A stretch of 64,000 bases of DNA. Source: Minisyncoccota bacterium. GTDB taxonomy: Bacteria > Patescibacteriota > Minisyncoccia > Phycocordibacterales > SW-6-46-9. The number at the start of each line of letters is the position of its first letter. Within the stretch, counting starts at the first letter, position 1. Below, piece by piece: positions 38,859 to 47,762 of this stretch. Position numbers and translations under genes: made by a program. Where the stretch lies: positions 85,337-149,336 of the forward strand of contig JBBDRP010000002.1 of NCBI GenBank assembly GCA_040905385.1, read 5' to 3'. The notes beneath the pieces were generated by a model. That model did not search any database, was not told the origin of the DNA, and saw only the letters and a list, made by a program, of their open reading frames with translations.

Positions 38859-39230
38859 ATGATTCAGCCACAAACATTAGTAAAAATTTGTGATAACGCC
38901 GGAGGAAAAATCGGCCGCGTTTTCAAGGTAATTGGTTCTTCCAAAAAGCGCACCGCCGAGATTGGTGAGGTAGTGGTACTGTCGGTACAGGTAGCCGAGC
39001 CACGAAAGGATGTGAAGAAAAAGGATGTGAAGCACGCTGTTGTTGTTCGTCAGCGCAAGGCGAAGCGTCGAGCCGATGGATCATACATTCGTTTTGATGA
39101 AAATGCAGTTGTGTTGATCGACAAAGAAACCGGCTTGCCGCTCGGTAACCGTGTCTTCGGTCCGGTTCCACGTGAGCTGAATGATGCTGGGCATGGACAG
39201 ATTGCCTCATTGGCTAATGAGGTTGTATAG
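38859..39230 (+). CDS. rplN: 50S ribosomal protein L14
   Basis: MIQPQT, DNAG, FDENAVV, FGPVPREL. Confidence 0.98.
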   Translation: MIQPQTLVKICDNAGGKIGRVFKVIGSSKKRTAEIGEVVVLSVQVAEPRKDVKKKDVKHAVVVRQRKAKRRADGSYIRFDENAVVLIDKETGLPLGNRVFGPVPRELNDAGHGQIASLANEVV

Positions 39231-39349
39231 ACGTGCAAACCGCTTAGGACTTAAGGAGTCTTAAGCGGTGAGTGGGTCGAACAACCCGAGTACCATAGCA
39301 AAGCTAGCCACAGGAAGATCAACGAAAAAGGAAGTAAAGTAATATTATT

Positions 39350-39565
39350 ATGAACGTCAAAAAAGGTGATACAGTAGAAATAATTGCTGGCAACGACCGT
39401 GGCAAAACGGGTACCGTTGACCGCGTGATTCCGAAGGAGAATCGCGTGGTAGTTGAAGGAATTAATATCCGCAAGAAGCACACCAAGATAACTTCTGATG
39501 GTGGTGGCATCATCGAGAAAGCGATGCCTATCCATGCTTCTAACGTGCGGAAGATCAAGGAGTAA
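39350..39565 (+). CDS. rplX: 50S ribosomal protein L24 (short, 71 aa)
   Basis: KKGDTVEIIAGNDRGK KOW motif, VEGIN, PIHASNV. Confidence 0.95.
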   Translation: MNVKKGDTVEIIAGNDRGKTGTVDRVIPKENRVVVEGINIRKKHTKITSDGGGIIEKAMPIHASNVRKIKE

Positions 39566-39712
39566 ATGTATATTTCGACTATGAATCTTCCGTACCCAGC
39601 CCTTTCTGTGTGGCAAAAGATGCTGTATTGTGTACACGATTTTGAAAGAGCTGGGTGCTGGAATTTCTAAGTTTACTCAAGTTGTCACTTTCGCTCACTA
39701 AGTAATTTCAAC

Positions 39713-40267
39713 ATGACTCAAACACTACAAGAAAAACAAAAAACTGCCTTCGATGCACTATCTGAAACCCAAGGATATGAGAACAAGATGGAGGTACCGC
39801 AACTGAAGAAGGTTATTATCACGACCGGAATTGGTTCGGTCTCAGATCCAGAAAAGATTGAGCTGATTCGCGATCGACTGGCTAAGATCACCGGCCAAAA
39901 GCCAGTAGCAACCAAGGCCAAGCACTCGATTGCGGCCTTTAGTACACGCGAGGGCGATGTAATTGGCTACAAAGTAACACTGCGCGGGGAACAGATGCGC
40001 AACTTTATTGATAAGCTTATTCATCTTACACTGCCGCGTACTAAGGACTTTCGTGGTATTTCCCGAGATACGATTGATGAGATGGGTAATATCACTATTG
40101 GTGTTTCCGAGCACACTGCTTTTCCGGAAACCTCGGATGAGGAGCTTAAGAATGTCTTTGGTTTAGGAGTAACGATTGTTACGACAACCAATGATAAGCA
40201 GGTTGCTGAAGGATATCTGGAACATATTGGTATCCCGTTTCAGAAGCGTGAGGAATCAGTTGAATAG
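39713..40267 (+). CDS. rplE: 50S ribosomal protein L5
   Basis: ITGQKP, IG.KVTLRG, DFRG, FPE. Confidence 0.98.
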   Translation: MTQTLQEKQKTAFDALSETQGYENKMEVPQLKKVIITTGIGSVSDPEKIELIRDRLAKITGQKPVATKAKHSIAAFSTREGDVIGYKVTLRGEQMRNFIDKLIHLTLPRTKDFRGISRDTIDEMGNITIGVSEHTAFPETSDEELKNVFGLGVTIVTTTNDKQVAEGYLEHIGIPFQKREESVE

Positions 40268-40291
40268 ACCCTCTATGTAGCGTCTATTTCG

Positions 40292-40320
40292 TTGACATTG
40301 CACCCGCCAACTGTTACTCT
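40292..40320 (+). promoter_or_regulatory. Internal promoter upstream of rpsN
   Basis: TTGACA-N17-TACTCT. Confidence 0.7.
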
Positions 40321-40380
40321 AGCAGTCGGTATGCAGGGGCCTCAGATGGCCTTTTTTGTATCAAAAATACGTAAAATACT

Positions 40381-40650
40381 ATGGCAAAAACATCAGTAAT
40401 AGAACGGAATAAAAAGCGACGTCGCATGGTTGAAAAATACCGAGAGAAGCGCGAGCGTCTCAAGCAGGAAGGAAAGTGGGAGGAGCTACAGAAGCTTCCA
40501 CGCAATTCTTCTCCAACGCGGGTTAATAACCGCAGCTTTTTAAGTGGTCATGCCAAAGGATTTATGCGTGATTTTGGAATTAACCGTATCGAGTTTCGAG
40601 AGCTTGCTAATGAAGGCAAGATTCCAGGAATTCGTAAATCATCATGGTAG
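40381..40650 (+). CDS. rpsN: 30S ribosomal protein S14 (long, Cys-free form)
   Basis: LQKLPRNSSPTR, FRELA..GKIPG..KSSW. Confidence 0.97.
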   Translation: MAKTSVIERNKKRRRMVEKYREKRERLKQEGKWEELQKLPRNSSPTRVNNRSFLSGHAKGFMRDFGINRIEFRELANEGKIPGIRKSSW

Positions 40651-41036
40651 ACCCTATCGCTGACATGTTAACGCGACTGCGTAATGCCGCAGCTGCGCAG
40701 AAACTATCGATCTCTCTGCCACATAGCAAACTTCTTGAGAGTATTGCGAAGGTTCTTGTAGAGGAATCCTTCGTTGAGAGGGTTTCTGTAGAAGAAGAGG
40801 ACGGCAAGAAGCAGTTAGTGATTGATTTGGCTTACGAGGATGATGGAACGTCTCATATTGAGCACGTTCGGCGAGTGTCTGGACCGTCTCGTCGTAGCTA
40901 CGTAGGGCTCAAGGAGATTCCGCAGGTACGCGGTGGTGCTGGTGATGTCATTCTGTCTACGCCGGAAGGAATCTTAACCGGTGACAAGGCGCGTCAGCAG
41001 CATGTAGGTGGTGAGGTGCTGTTTGAGATCTGGTAA
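40644..41036 (+). CDS. rpsH: 30S ribosomal protein S8
   Basis: DPIADMLTRLRNA, STPEG, VGGEVL. Confidence 0.98.
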   Translation: MVDPIADMLTRLRNAAAAQKLSISLPHSKLLESIAKVLVEESFVERVSVEEEDGKKQLVIDLAYEDDGTSHIEHVRRVSGPSRRSYVGLKEIPQVRGGAGDVILSTPEGILTGDKARQQHVGGEVLFEIW

Positions 41037-41218
41037 GTTTTTGCCCGTTGAATGAATACAGGTCATGAACGTGTATTCATTCTGAGGTTGCGAAACCTAA
41101 CCCGCGCGCAAAATCAAAGATTTTATTTTTGCGTAGCAAAAATGTTTAACCGGGTAGCGAAGTTACGAATGATATTTTTATTCGACTTCGTCTCAAAAAA
41201 TAGTCAGTAACATTCACT

Positions 41219-41752
41219 ATGAGTAGAATCGGCAAAAAACCTATCGAAGTTCCCGAAAACGTTACCGCCTCAATGAAGGACGGTGTCTTCACGGCGGAGG
41301 GACCAAACGGCACGCTGGAGCGTAAGCTGCATGATATTGTGTCTATTGAGATTGATGCTGGGGAAATTACTGTCACACCAAAAGAAAAAAATGTTTTTGC
41401 TCGCTCAATGTGGGGAACAGCCGCGGCACACATTAAGAATATGATCACTGGCGTGACCGAAGGCTTTAAAAAGCAGCTCATCTTTTCAGGAATTGGTTAC
41501 CGTGCAAATGTAGGGGGAGATACACTGACACTTGAAATGGGGTACTCACATAATATTGAACTTGATATTCCGGATACGTTGGAGGTATCAGTCGAGAAAA
41601 ACACCATTACCGTGAGTGGTCCAGACAAGGAGTTAGTTGGCTCTTTTGCTGCTGATATTCGTGCAGTACGAACACCGGAGCCGTACAAGGGATCCGGCAT
41701 TAAGTACGCCGACGAGATTATTCGTCGCAAGGAAGGTAAAAAGGCCGTATAA
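41219..41752 (+). CDS. rplF: 50S ribosomal protein L6
   Basis: [27 protein letters not shown]. Confidence 0.98.
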   Translation: MSRIGKKPIEVPENVTASMKDGVFTAEGPNGTLERKLHDIVSIEIDAGEITVTPKEKNVFARSMWGTAAAHIKNMITGVTEGFKKQLIFSGIGYRANVGGDTLTLEMGYSHNIELDIPDTLEVSVEKNTITVSGPDKELVGSFAADIRAVRTPEPYKGSGIKYADEIIRRKEGKKAV

Positions 41753-41760
41753 ATTTTAAT

Positions 41761-42114
41761 ATGGGTAATCTTAATCCAAAAACAGCTCGACGACAGAAAC
41801 GACACCGCCGCATCCGAGCGCAGGTGGTTGGCACGGCCGATAAGCCACGTTTGAGCGTGTATCGCTCAAACAAGCACATGTATGCACAGTTGATCGATGA
41901 CGTTGCTGGTGAGACACTTGTGTCTGCTTCATCCTTGGAGCTAAAGCTGGACGAGTCGCTGATGGAGGCAGCCGAATTAGTTGGAAAGACGATTGCTGAA
42001 CGTGGCAGCAAGGCTGGAATTGAGGAGGTTGTCTTTGACCGTGGTGGCTACAACTACACCGGTCGTATTGAGACCCTTGCTGAAGCTGCTCGTGCTAATG
42101 GACTAACATTTTAA
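41761..42114 (+). CDS. rplR: 50S ribosomal protein L18
   Basis: [25 protein letters not shown]. Confidence 0.98.
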   Translation: MGNLNPKTARRQKRHRRIRAQVVGTADKPRLSVYRSNKHMYAQLIDDVAGETLVSASSLELKLDESLMEAAELVGKTIAERGSKAGIEEVVFDRGGYNYTGRIETLAEAARANGLTF

Positions 42115-42116
42115 AT

Positions 42117-42692
42117 ATGCCAGAAGATACAAAAACAAAAGATAAAGCTGACGATAAGCCCAAGACTGATAGCAAGCCTTCAGAGAAGAAGGGTGCCAGT
42201 CGCAGCGGTAAGAAGCAGAAAAAGCGCCAACGTCGCAGTGGCGGTGGTCGTCGTGATGATTTTGAGGCAGAGATCATTGATGTTCGTCGCGTAACGCGTG
42301 TGGTTGCTGGTGGACGTCGCTTCTCTTTCCGTGTCGCAGCAGTTGCTGGAGACCACAAAGGTAAGGTTGGCGTTGGTCTCGGAAAAGCAAATGATATATC
42401 TGATGCAATTGGCAAGGCTATCAACAACGCCAAAAAGAACTCGATCAAGATAGATCTTACTGACGACAACACAATTCCGTATCCAATCTCGGCCAAGTTC
42501 AATGCATCGGTCGTAGATATGCATCCAGCCCCAGGACGTGGACTTGTGTCGGGTTCTTCGGTGCGTGATGTGGTACGATTGGCAGGTATTAAGGATGTCA
42601 GTACCAAGCTCATCAGCCGCTCTAAAAACAAGCTGAACAACGCCCGTGCTGCTATTGCGGCCCTAAAGAAGATCGAAGCTAAGGAAGAATAA
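42117..42692 (+). CDS. rpsE: 30S ribosomal protein S5
   Basis: RVTRVVAGGRRFSF, VGVGLGKA. Confidence 0.98.
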   Translation: MPEDTKTKDKADDKPKTDSKPSEKKGASRSGKKQKKRQRRSGGGRRDDFEAEIIDVRRVTRVVAGGRRFSFRVAAVAGDHKGKVGVGLGKANDISDAIGKAINNAKKNSIKIDLTDDNTIPYPISAKFNASVVDMHPAPGRGLVSGSSVRDVVRLAGIKDVSTKLISRSKNKLNNARAAIAALKKIEAKEE

Positions 42693-42694
42693 TT

Positions 42695-43126
42695 ATGCAG
42701 TTACACGACCTAAAACCAAAAAGCAGAGCTAGCAAAAAGCGCATCGGACGCGGTGGGCCACACGGCAAGCAGTCCGGTCGTGGACACAAGGGTCAACTGG
42801 CTCGAGCCGGTGGAACACCACGTCCACAGCTACGCGATCGCATTAAAAAGATTCCTAAGCTTCGGGGATACCGACACAACCCGGTAAAGAAGAAGGCAGT
42901 AGCAGTAAATGTTGCCCAGCTCCAGCGGGTTGCAACCAAGGGTGATGTTGTATCACCACAGTACGTGGTGGAACACGGCCTGGTACGCAAGTCTGGCGCC
43001 CAGACACCAAAGATAAAGATTCTTGGTCAGGGTGATATTTCCACCGCTGTTACCGTGGTTCGTTGTCAGGTTTCTGACGTGGCTAAAGAGAAAATTGAGC
43101 AGGCAGGCGGTGAGGTACGAAGCTAG
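42695..43126 (+). CDS. rplO: 50S ribosomal protein L15
   Basis: RIGRG, GRGHKGQ.AR, KILG.G. Follows rpsE directly, with no rpmD. Confidence 0.96.
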   Translation: MQLHDLKPKSRASKKRIGRGGPHGKQSGRGHKGQLARAGGTPRPQLRDRIKKIPKLRGYRHNPVKKKAVAVNVAQLQRVATKGDVVSPQYVVEHGLVRKSGAQTPKIKILGQGDISTAVTVVRCQVSDVAKEKIEQAGGEVRS

Positions 43127-43335
43127 AAATTGTCTGCATCTCACCATATATTGCTATTATGAACACACTATCCCGCATCATTAATTATTCTTCGCCGGCT
43201 AAAACAATCTTATTTCGGCTGCATAACATCGCTTCGAGTTCAATGAACTTTGATTCATTTCACTCTCCAGCTCGTTTTTCGCTCGAAATAAGACCGTTTA
43301 TAGCACGGCGTGAGATAGCAGATAATTTCTAAAAT

Positions 43336-44598
43336 ATGTTTGATACATTTATTAAAAAAGTAAAGATCGCCTTTACCGATCCGGTTATTCGCAAGCGGAT
43401 TCTTTATACGTTGGGCGGTCTTTTTCTGTTTCGTATTCTGGCAACGGTGCCGGCACCGGGAATTGGTCAGGCCAACCTGGCGCCATTCTTTGCTGACAAT
43501 CAGTTTCTCGGACTTTTAAATATTTTTACCGGTGGAGGGCTTTCTAGTATTTCCATTGTGATGCTTGGAATTGGACCATACATTACTGCGGCTATTACCA
43601 TGCAGCTTTTGACGGTAATGAGCCCACGGCTGAAGTCGCTTTACCATGATGAGGGGCAGGCCGGAAAGCGAAAGTTCACCCAGTACTCTCGGCTTCTCAC
43701 TGTGCCACTGGCGGCTCTGCAGTCATTCGGTTTCCTGACACTGCTCCAGCAGTCAGACGTCATTGGCTCACTTGAGTGGTTCCCGCTAATGACTAACATT
43801 ATTGTCATTACAGCCGGTGCGGTGCTCTTGATGTGGATTGGTGAGCTGATTACCGAGTTTGGGGTAGGGAACGGTATTTCGCTACTTATTTTTGCTGGTA
43901 TTGTTGCCCAACTTCCAAGTACGATCGATCAGCTTATTCTTCAGTATACGCCGCAGATGCTGCCGACGTACCTTGGATTTGTGGCCATATCAGCCATTAT
44001 CGTCTGGGGTATCGTGGTGGTGACCGAGGCGGCCCGACCGGTGCCAATTACGTATGCCAAGCAGCGAGGACAGGGCAGCGGTGAGGTGTCTACGTATCTC
44101 CCGCTGAAGGTGAACCAGGCCGGTGTGATGCCGATAATTTTCGCGCTGTCTATCATGCTGTTTCCACAGATGGTGGTGAACTTCCTTGGTGCTGCTCCGG
44201 ATGCCGGTGGTTTCGTGGGCTTCCTGCAGAGTATTTATGAAAGTGACTTTATCTATGCTGGACTGTACTTTATTTTGGTTTTTCTCTTTACATTCTTCTA
44301 CACAGCCATTACCTTCGAACCAGACTCCGTGGCCGACAATCTGCAGAAATCCGGTGCCTTTATTCCGGGAATTCGCCCGGGCGAATCAACACGCCAGCAC
44401 ATCACTCACATCCTCACCCGCGTTACCTTCATTGGTGCCATCTTCCTGGGTCTTATCGCAGTGCTTCCAATTATCATGCAGCAGGTTACAAACACCCCAT
44501 CACTGGCAATCGGTGGTACCGCGCTGCTTATTGTGGTGGCGGTGCTGGTTGATCTTATTAAGCGATTAGACGGCCAAATAGCTATGCGCCAGTACTAG
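43336..44598 (+). CDS. secY: Preprotein translocase subunit SecY
   Basis: LGIGPYITA, GVGNGISLLIFAGI, AGVMPIIFA, IPGIRPG, GGTALLIVV. Confidence 0.99.
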   Translation: MFDTFIKKVKIAFTDPVIRKRILYTLGGLFLFRILATVPAPGIGQANLAPFFADNQFLGLLNIFTGGGLSSISIVMLGIGPYITAAITMQLLTVMSPRLKSLYHDEGQAGKRKFTQYSRLLTVPLAALQSFGFLTLLQQSDVIGSLEWFPLMTNIIVITAGAVLLMWIGELITEFGVGNGISLLIFAGIVAQLPSTIDQLILQYTPQMLPTYLGFVAISAIIVWGIVVVTEAARPVPITYAKQRGQGSGEVSTYLPLKVNQAGVMPIIFALSIMLFPQMVVNFLGAAPDAGGFVGFLQSIYESDFIYAGLYFILVFLFTFFYTAITFEPDSVADNLQKSGAFIPGIRPGESTRQHITHILTRVTFIGAIFLGLIAVLPIIMQQVTNTPSLAIGGTALLIVVAVLVDLIKRLDGQIAMRQY

Positions 44599-44828
44599 GA
44601 ATATCTATTGCGTCTTTTAATTTGTGAACATTTTTACTCACGTGAGTGTAAGGCGCTAGCTAATTTGTTGCGAGATATATATTCGAGTCGTGAAAGCCGC
44701 TCAGCATCCCGCAAGTCGGGACGCTGAGCTTTTACTGTAATAGCTTAGTATTCTATTGCCTGTAATTTAAGTAGTAAAAAATTACCTCTGCAGTGGTGGT
44801 TTAAGAAATCATATTTTTAGTTCTAATA

Positions 44829-45389
44829 TTAATCACGCCATTGTTGGTAGGCGTCGATGACTTCTTTGGTTATTTTCTCGATACCTTTATTTGTTGTATC
44901 AATAACGAGGTCGTAGTTATCCGGATCAGTGTGATCAATATCATAGAGTTTTTTGTATCGCCGTTTTTCTCCGTCAATGCGCTCCTGCATCTCTCGGGCA
45001 GTTTTTTCAATTACGTCATGGTTCTCTCCGGATTTTATGCGTGTTTCTTTATTATCGGCGTGGATACGACGGGCGCCTTCCGCCAGGTCAACCGCCAGGT
45101 AGACTGCAAAGCTTTTGGGAATAAAGTGCCAGGCCAGTCGTGAGTCGATAATGACATTTTCAGCATCAGCCAGGCTCTTATTGCGGGCATCAATTGTCCG
45201 GTCAATTTCCGGGTTCTTCTCGGCTTCCTGGAGCAGCTTAGAAAGTGTGATGCCGCGTTCATGGGCGATTTCGCGCATGAAATCACCAGAGGAGAAGCGG
45301 CTCCAGCCCAGCTCTGCAGCAACTCGGTCAGCGATGGTTGATTTACCACTTCCGGGAAGACCACCGATGGTTATGATGGGTTTGCTCAT
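44829..45389 (-). CDS. cmk: Cytidylate kinase, short (archaeal-like) family
   Basis: ITIGGLPGSGKST, SSGDFMR, IIDSRLA, RRYKKLY.ID, YDLVIDT. Start at MSKP. Confidence 0.8.
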   Translation of the reverse strand: MSKPIITIGGLPGSGKSTIADRVAAELGWSRFSSGDFMREIAHERGITLSKLLQEAEKNPEIDRTIDARNKSLADAENVIIDSRLAWHFIPKSFAVYLAVDLAEGARRIHADNKETRIKSGENHDVIEKTAREMQERIDGEKRRYKKLYDIDHTDPDNYDLVIDTTNKGIEKITKEVIDAYQQWRD

Positions 45390-45452
45390 TGCAGCTACTT
45401 TATCATATGATCCGGTGGATGTAACTTTTTCCCTTTGTGATATGGTGTAGCC

Positions 45453-46046
45453 ATGCAAAAACAAACATTCGTATTTCTTGGTCCACAAGGCAGCGGGAAG
45501 GGTACGCAGGCCGATCAGGTTGTTGCGTATCTGCGGGCAGAATCAGAAAGAGAGACGCTGTATTTTGAGACTGGTGCCGCGTTTCGACAGCTTGCCGAGG
45601 GTAGCAGCGAAACCAGTCATCACGTCCGTAAATCGCTAATTGCGGGCGATATACAGCCCTCTTTCTTGGCGGTTCGTCTCTGGGCAGAGGGTTTTGCGAC
45701 GGATCTCAATCAGGACATGCATCTGGTGGTGGATGGATCTCCACGGACACTGCTTGAGGCACGGATGCTGGACGAGGCCTTTGTGTTCTACGACCGAACG
45801 CCGGTAAAGGTCATCCATCTGACGCTACCGGAATCGGTGACGTACGAACGCCTGGCCGAGCGCGCCCGTGATGATGACCATCGCAGCGCCATCAAGCGAC
45901 GCCTGGCCGAGTACCAGGCCAAGACGCTACCGGTAATAGATTTCTATAAAGATTCAGATAACTACACTTACATCCAGATTGATGGGGAAGGGACCATTGA
46001 TGAAATTCAGCAGTCCATCCGCGATACAATTTCCTTACATGATTAA
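45453..46046 (+). CDS. adk: Adenylate kinase (short-LID type)
   Basis: GPQGSGKGTQ, DGSPRT, R.DD...IKRRL; secY-adk-map context. Confidence 0.88.
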   Translation: MQKQTFVFLGPQGSGKGTQADQVVAYLRAESERETLYFETGAAFRQLAEGSSETSHHVRKSLIAGDIQPSFLAVRLWAEGFATDLNQDMHLVVDGSPRTLLEARMLDEAFVFYDRTPVKVIHLTLPESVTYERLAERARDDDHRSAIKRRLAEYQAKTLPVIDFYKDSDNYTYIQIDGEGTIDEIQQSIRDTISLHD

Positions 46047-46806
46047 ACCAAAGACAACCGAAGAAATTGAGAAGCTGGCTGAAGGTGGCCACCGCCTGGC
46101 CGAGATTCTTTCTCGTCTTGCTGATGCCTGTCAGCCAGGTGTGGCGGTTAAGGATTTGGATGTCCAGGTTCAGGAGATGATTGCCCCCGAAGACAGCGCA
46201 GCCTTTTATAATTACCAGCCGGTTGGCGCACCGCGACCGTATCCGTCTCATGTCTGTGTCTCGGTCAATGACGAGATTGTGCACGGCATTGCCTCGGAAA
46301 GTGATCACGTTCTGGAGGACGGCGATGTGGTGACGGTGGATATGGGTCTACTTCATGAGGGACTAATTACCGACTCGGCCCGGACGATCGTGGTTGGGGA
46401 ATCTACTGATGAAAAAGACCGTCTTCTGAAAACCTGCCACGCGGCGCTGATGGCCGGTATCGATGCCATTACACCGGACGGTCACGTCGGTGATATCTCG
46501 GCTGCCATCCAGAAACGGATTGGTAATGACTACAGCATCTTTCGTGAACTGGTAGGTCACGGGGTTGGCTACAGCGTGCATGAGGACCCGGCTGTGCCAA
46601 ATTTTGGCCGTGCCGGTACGGGCCCGAAGCTACCGGTCGGGACAGTTATTGCTATCGAGCCGATGATTGGTCTCGGCAGCGACAGCGTGCTGGCCGACAG
46701 CGACGGCTATACCTACCGAACAAATGACGCTAGTCTTTCGGCTCATTTTGAGCATACCGTTGCCGTAACACCTACCGGCGGCCGGATACTTACCCACAAC
46801 CAGTAG
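46039..46806 (+). CDS. map: Type I methionine aminopeptidase
   Basis: CVSVNDEIVHGI, DSART, GHGVG...HEDP, AIEPM, SAHFEHT. Confidence 0.97.
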   Translation: MIKPKTTEEIEKLAEGGHRLAEILSRLADACQPGVAVKDLDVQVQEMIAPEDSAAFYNYQPVGAPRPYPSHVCVSVNDEIVHGIASESDHVLEDGDVVTVDMGLLHEGLITDSARTIVVGESTDEKDRLLKTCHAALMAGIDAITPDGHVGDISAAIQKRIGNDYSIFRELVGHGVGYSVHEDPAVPNFGRAGTGPKLPVGTVIAIEPMIGLGSDSVLADSDGYTYRTNDASLSAHFEHTVAVTPTGGRILTHNQ

Positions 46807-46857
46807 CTTCTTTACCTACCAATTTGTGCGTTATAATGGGTCTAATAACGTACGATT

Positions 46858-47751
46858 ATGCCTGGAAACTTTACACAAAAAAAAGAGCAACCACAGACTT
46901 TAAATAATAATGCAGACGTAAATGATGCGGCTTTAACTATTAAGGAGCAAATGATAGAAGCGCAAAAAGAAAGCAATGGTAATGGGTCACTTGGTGATCA
47001 TGTAGATATCGATGAAGTTGGTGAATTAAACAAGTCTGGTAAGAAAACTAATAAACTAGATAAAAAGCAAGAAGAAAAGAATGAAGGAGATGAAAGACTT
47101 CCAAAACGACCAACCAAAAATGGTCAGTCATCAAATACCGTAGAGAAGTCGGAATCAAAACCAGCGGCCAGTTCAGAGCAACCTACTGAGAAAGCTCCGC
47201 CGGCACCATACTCCGAAAATGAAACGGAGAAGAAAGTTGATTTCAGTGAGGAAAAGAATGATTCATCAGATACTAATAGTGAAGAAGGTAGCTCAGAAAT
47301 TACAATTGAATCCCAAAGAAAACCAAAGCTAGAAAAGATTATTTCGGCTGGTGACCCGGTACTTCTCTATGGAATCAAGGATTTTGATACACCAGGCGCC
47401 TGGTTCTATACCGGTGAATCAATAATGGTTAAGGAAGGCTCACAGCAAAAGAGCAAGGTGGAGATAATATATAAATATCCCGATGGTAGTGAGGGCGAGA
47501 AGCGAGAAGTATCTTGGTCGGAAATTACACCGATATATGAAAGTGCTGAAGAGTATACGCAGGCATTGCAGAAGATTCGTGACATATATGAAAAGGCAGT
47601 AGCGGAAAAAAACACTGACTACCAAGAGCATCTTGCCCATCTCTTAAAGCAGGTAAATTATTTTGCTATTGAAATTCTAAGAAAGGCTAAAGAGGAATAT
47701 GGGGCTCATTCAGAATCTGATCAAGATCAACTTGATAAAACCGCTGCTTAA
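46858..47751 (+). CDS. Hypothetical acidic low-complexity protein with a folded C-terminal domain
   Basis: 297 aa, E/K/S/N-rich N-terminal half. Confidence 0.7.
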   Translation: MPGNFTQKKEQPQTLNNNADVNDAALTIKEQMIEAQKESNGNGSLGDHVDIDEVGELNKSGKKTNKLDKKQEEKNEGDERLPKRPTKNGQSSNTVEKSESKPAASSEQPTEKAPPAPYSENETEKKVDFSEEKNDSSDTNSEEGSSEITIESQRKPKLEKIISAGDPVLLYGIKDFDTPGAWFYTGESIMVKEGSQQKSKVEIIYKYPDGSEGEKREVSWSEITPIYESAEEYTQALQKIRDIYEKAVAEKNTDYQEHLAHLLKQVNYFAIEILRKAKEEYGAHSESDQDQLDKTAA

Positions 47752-47762
47752 TTTTATATATT

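Noticed and set aside
39350-39712. rplX as a frameshifted pseudogene
   Set aside because: No L24 C-terminal sequence is recognisable downstream, and the retained part covers the conserved core.
47737-47751. C-terminal KTAA as a secretion signal
   Set aside because: L3 and L4 end in the same KTA(A), so it is not specific to putative substrates.
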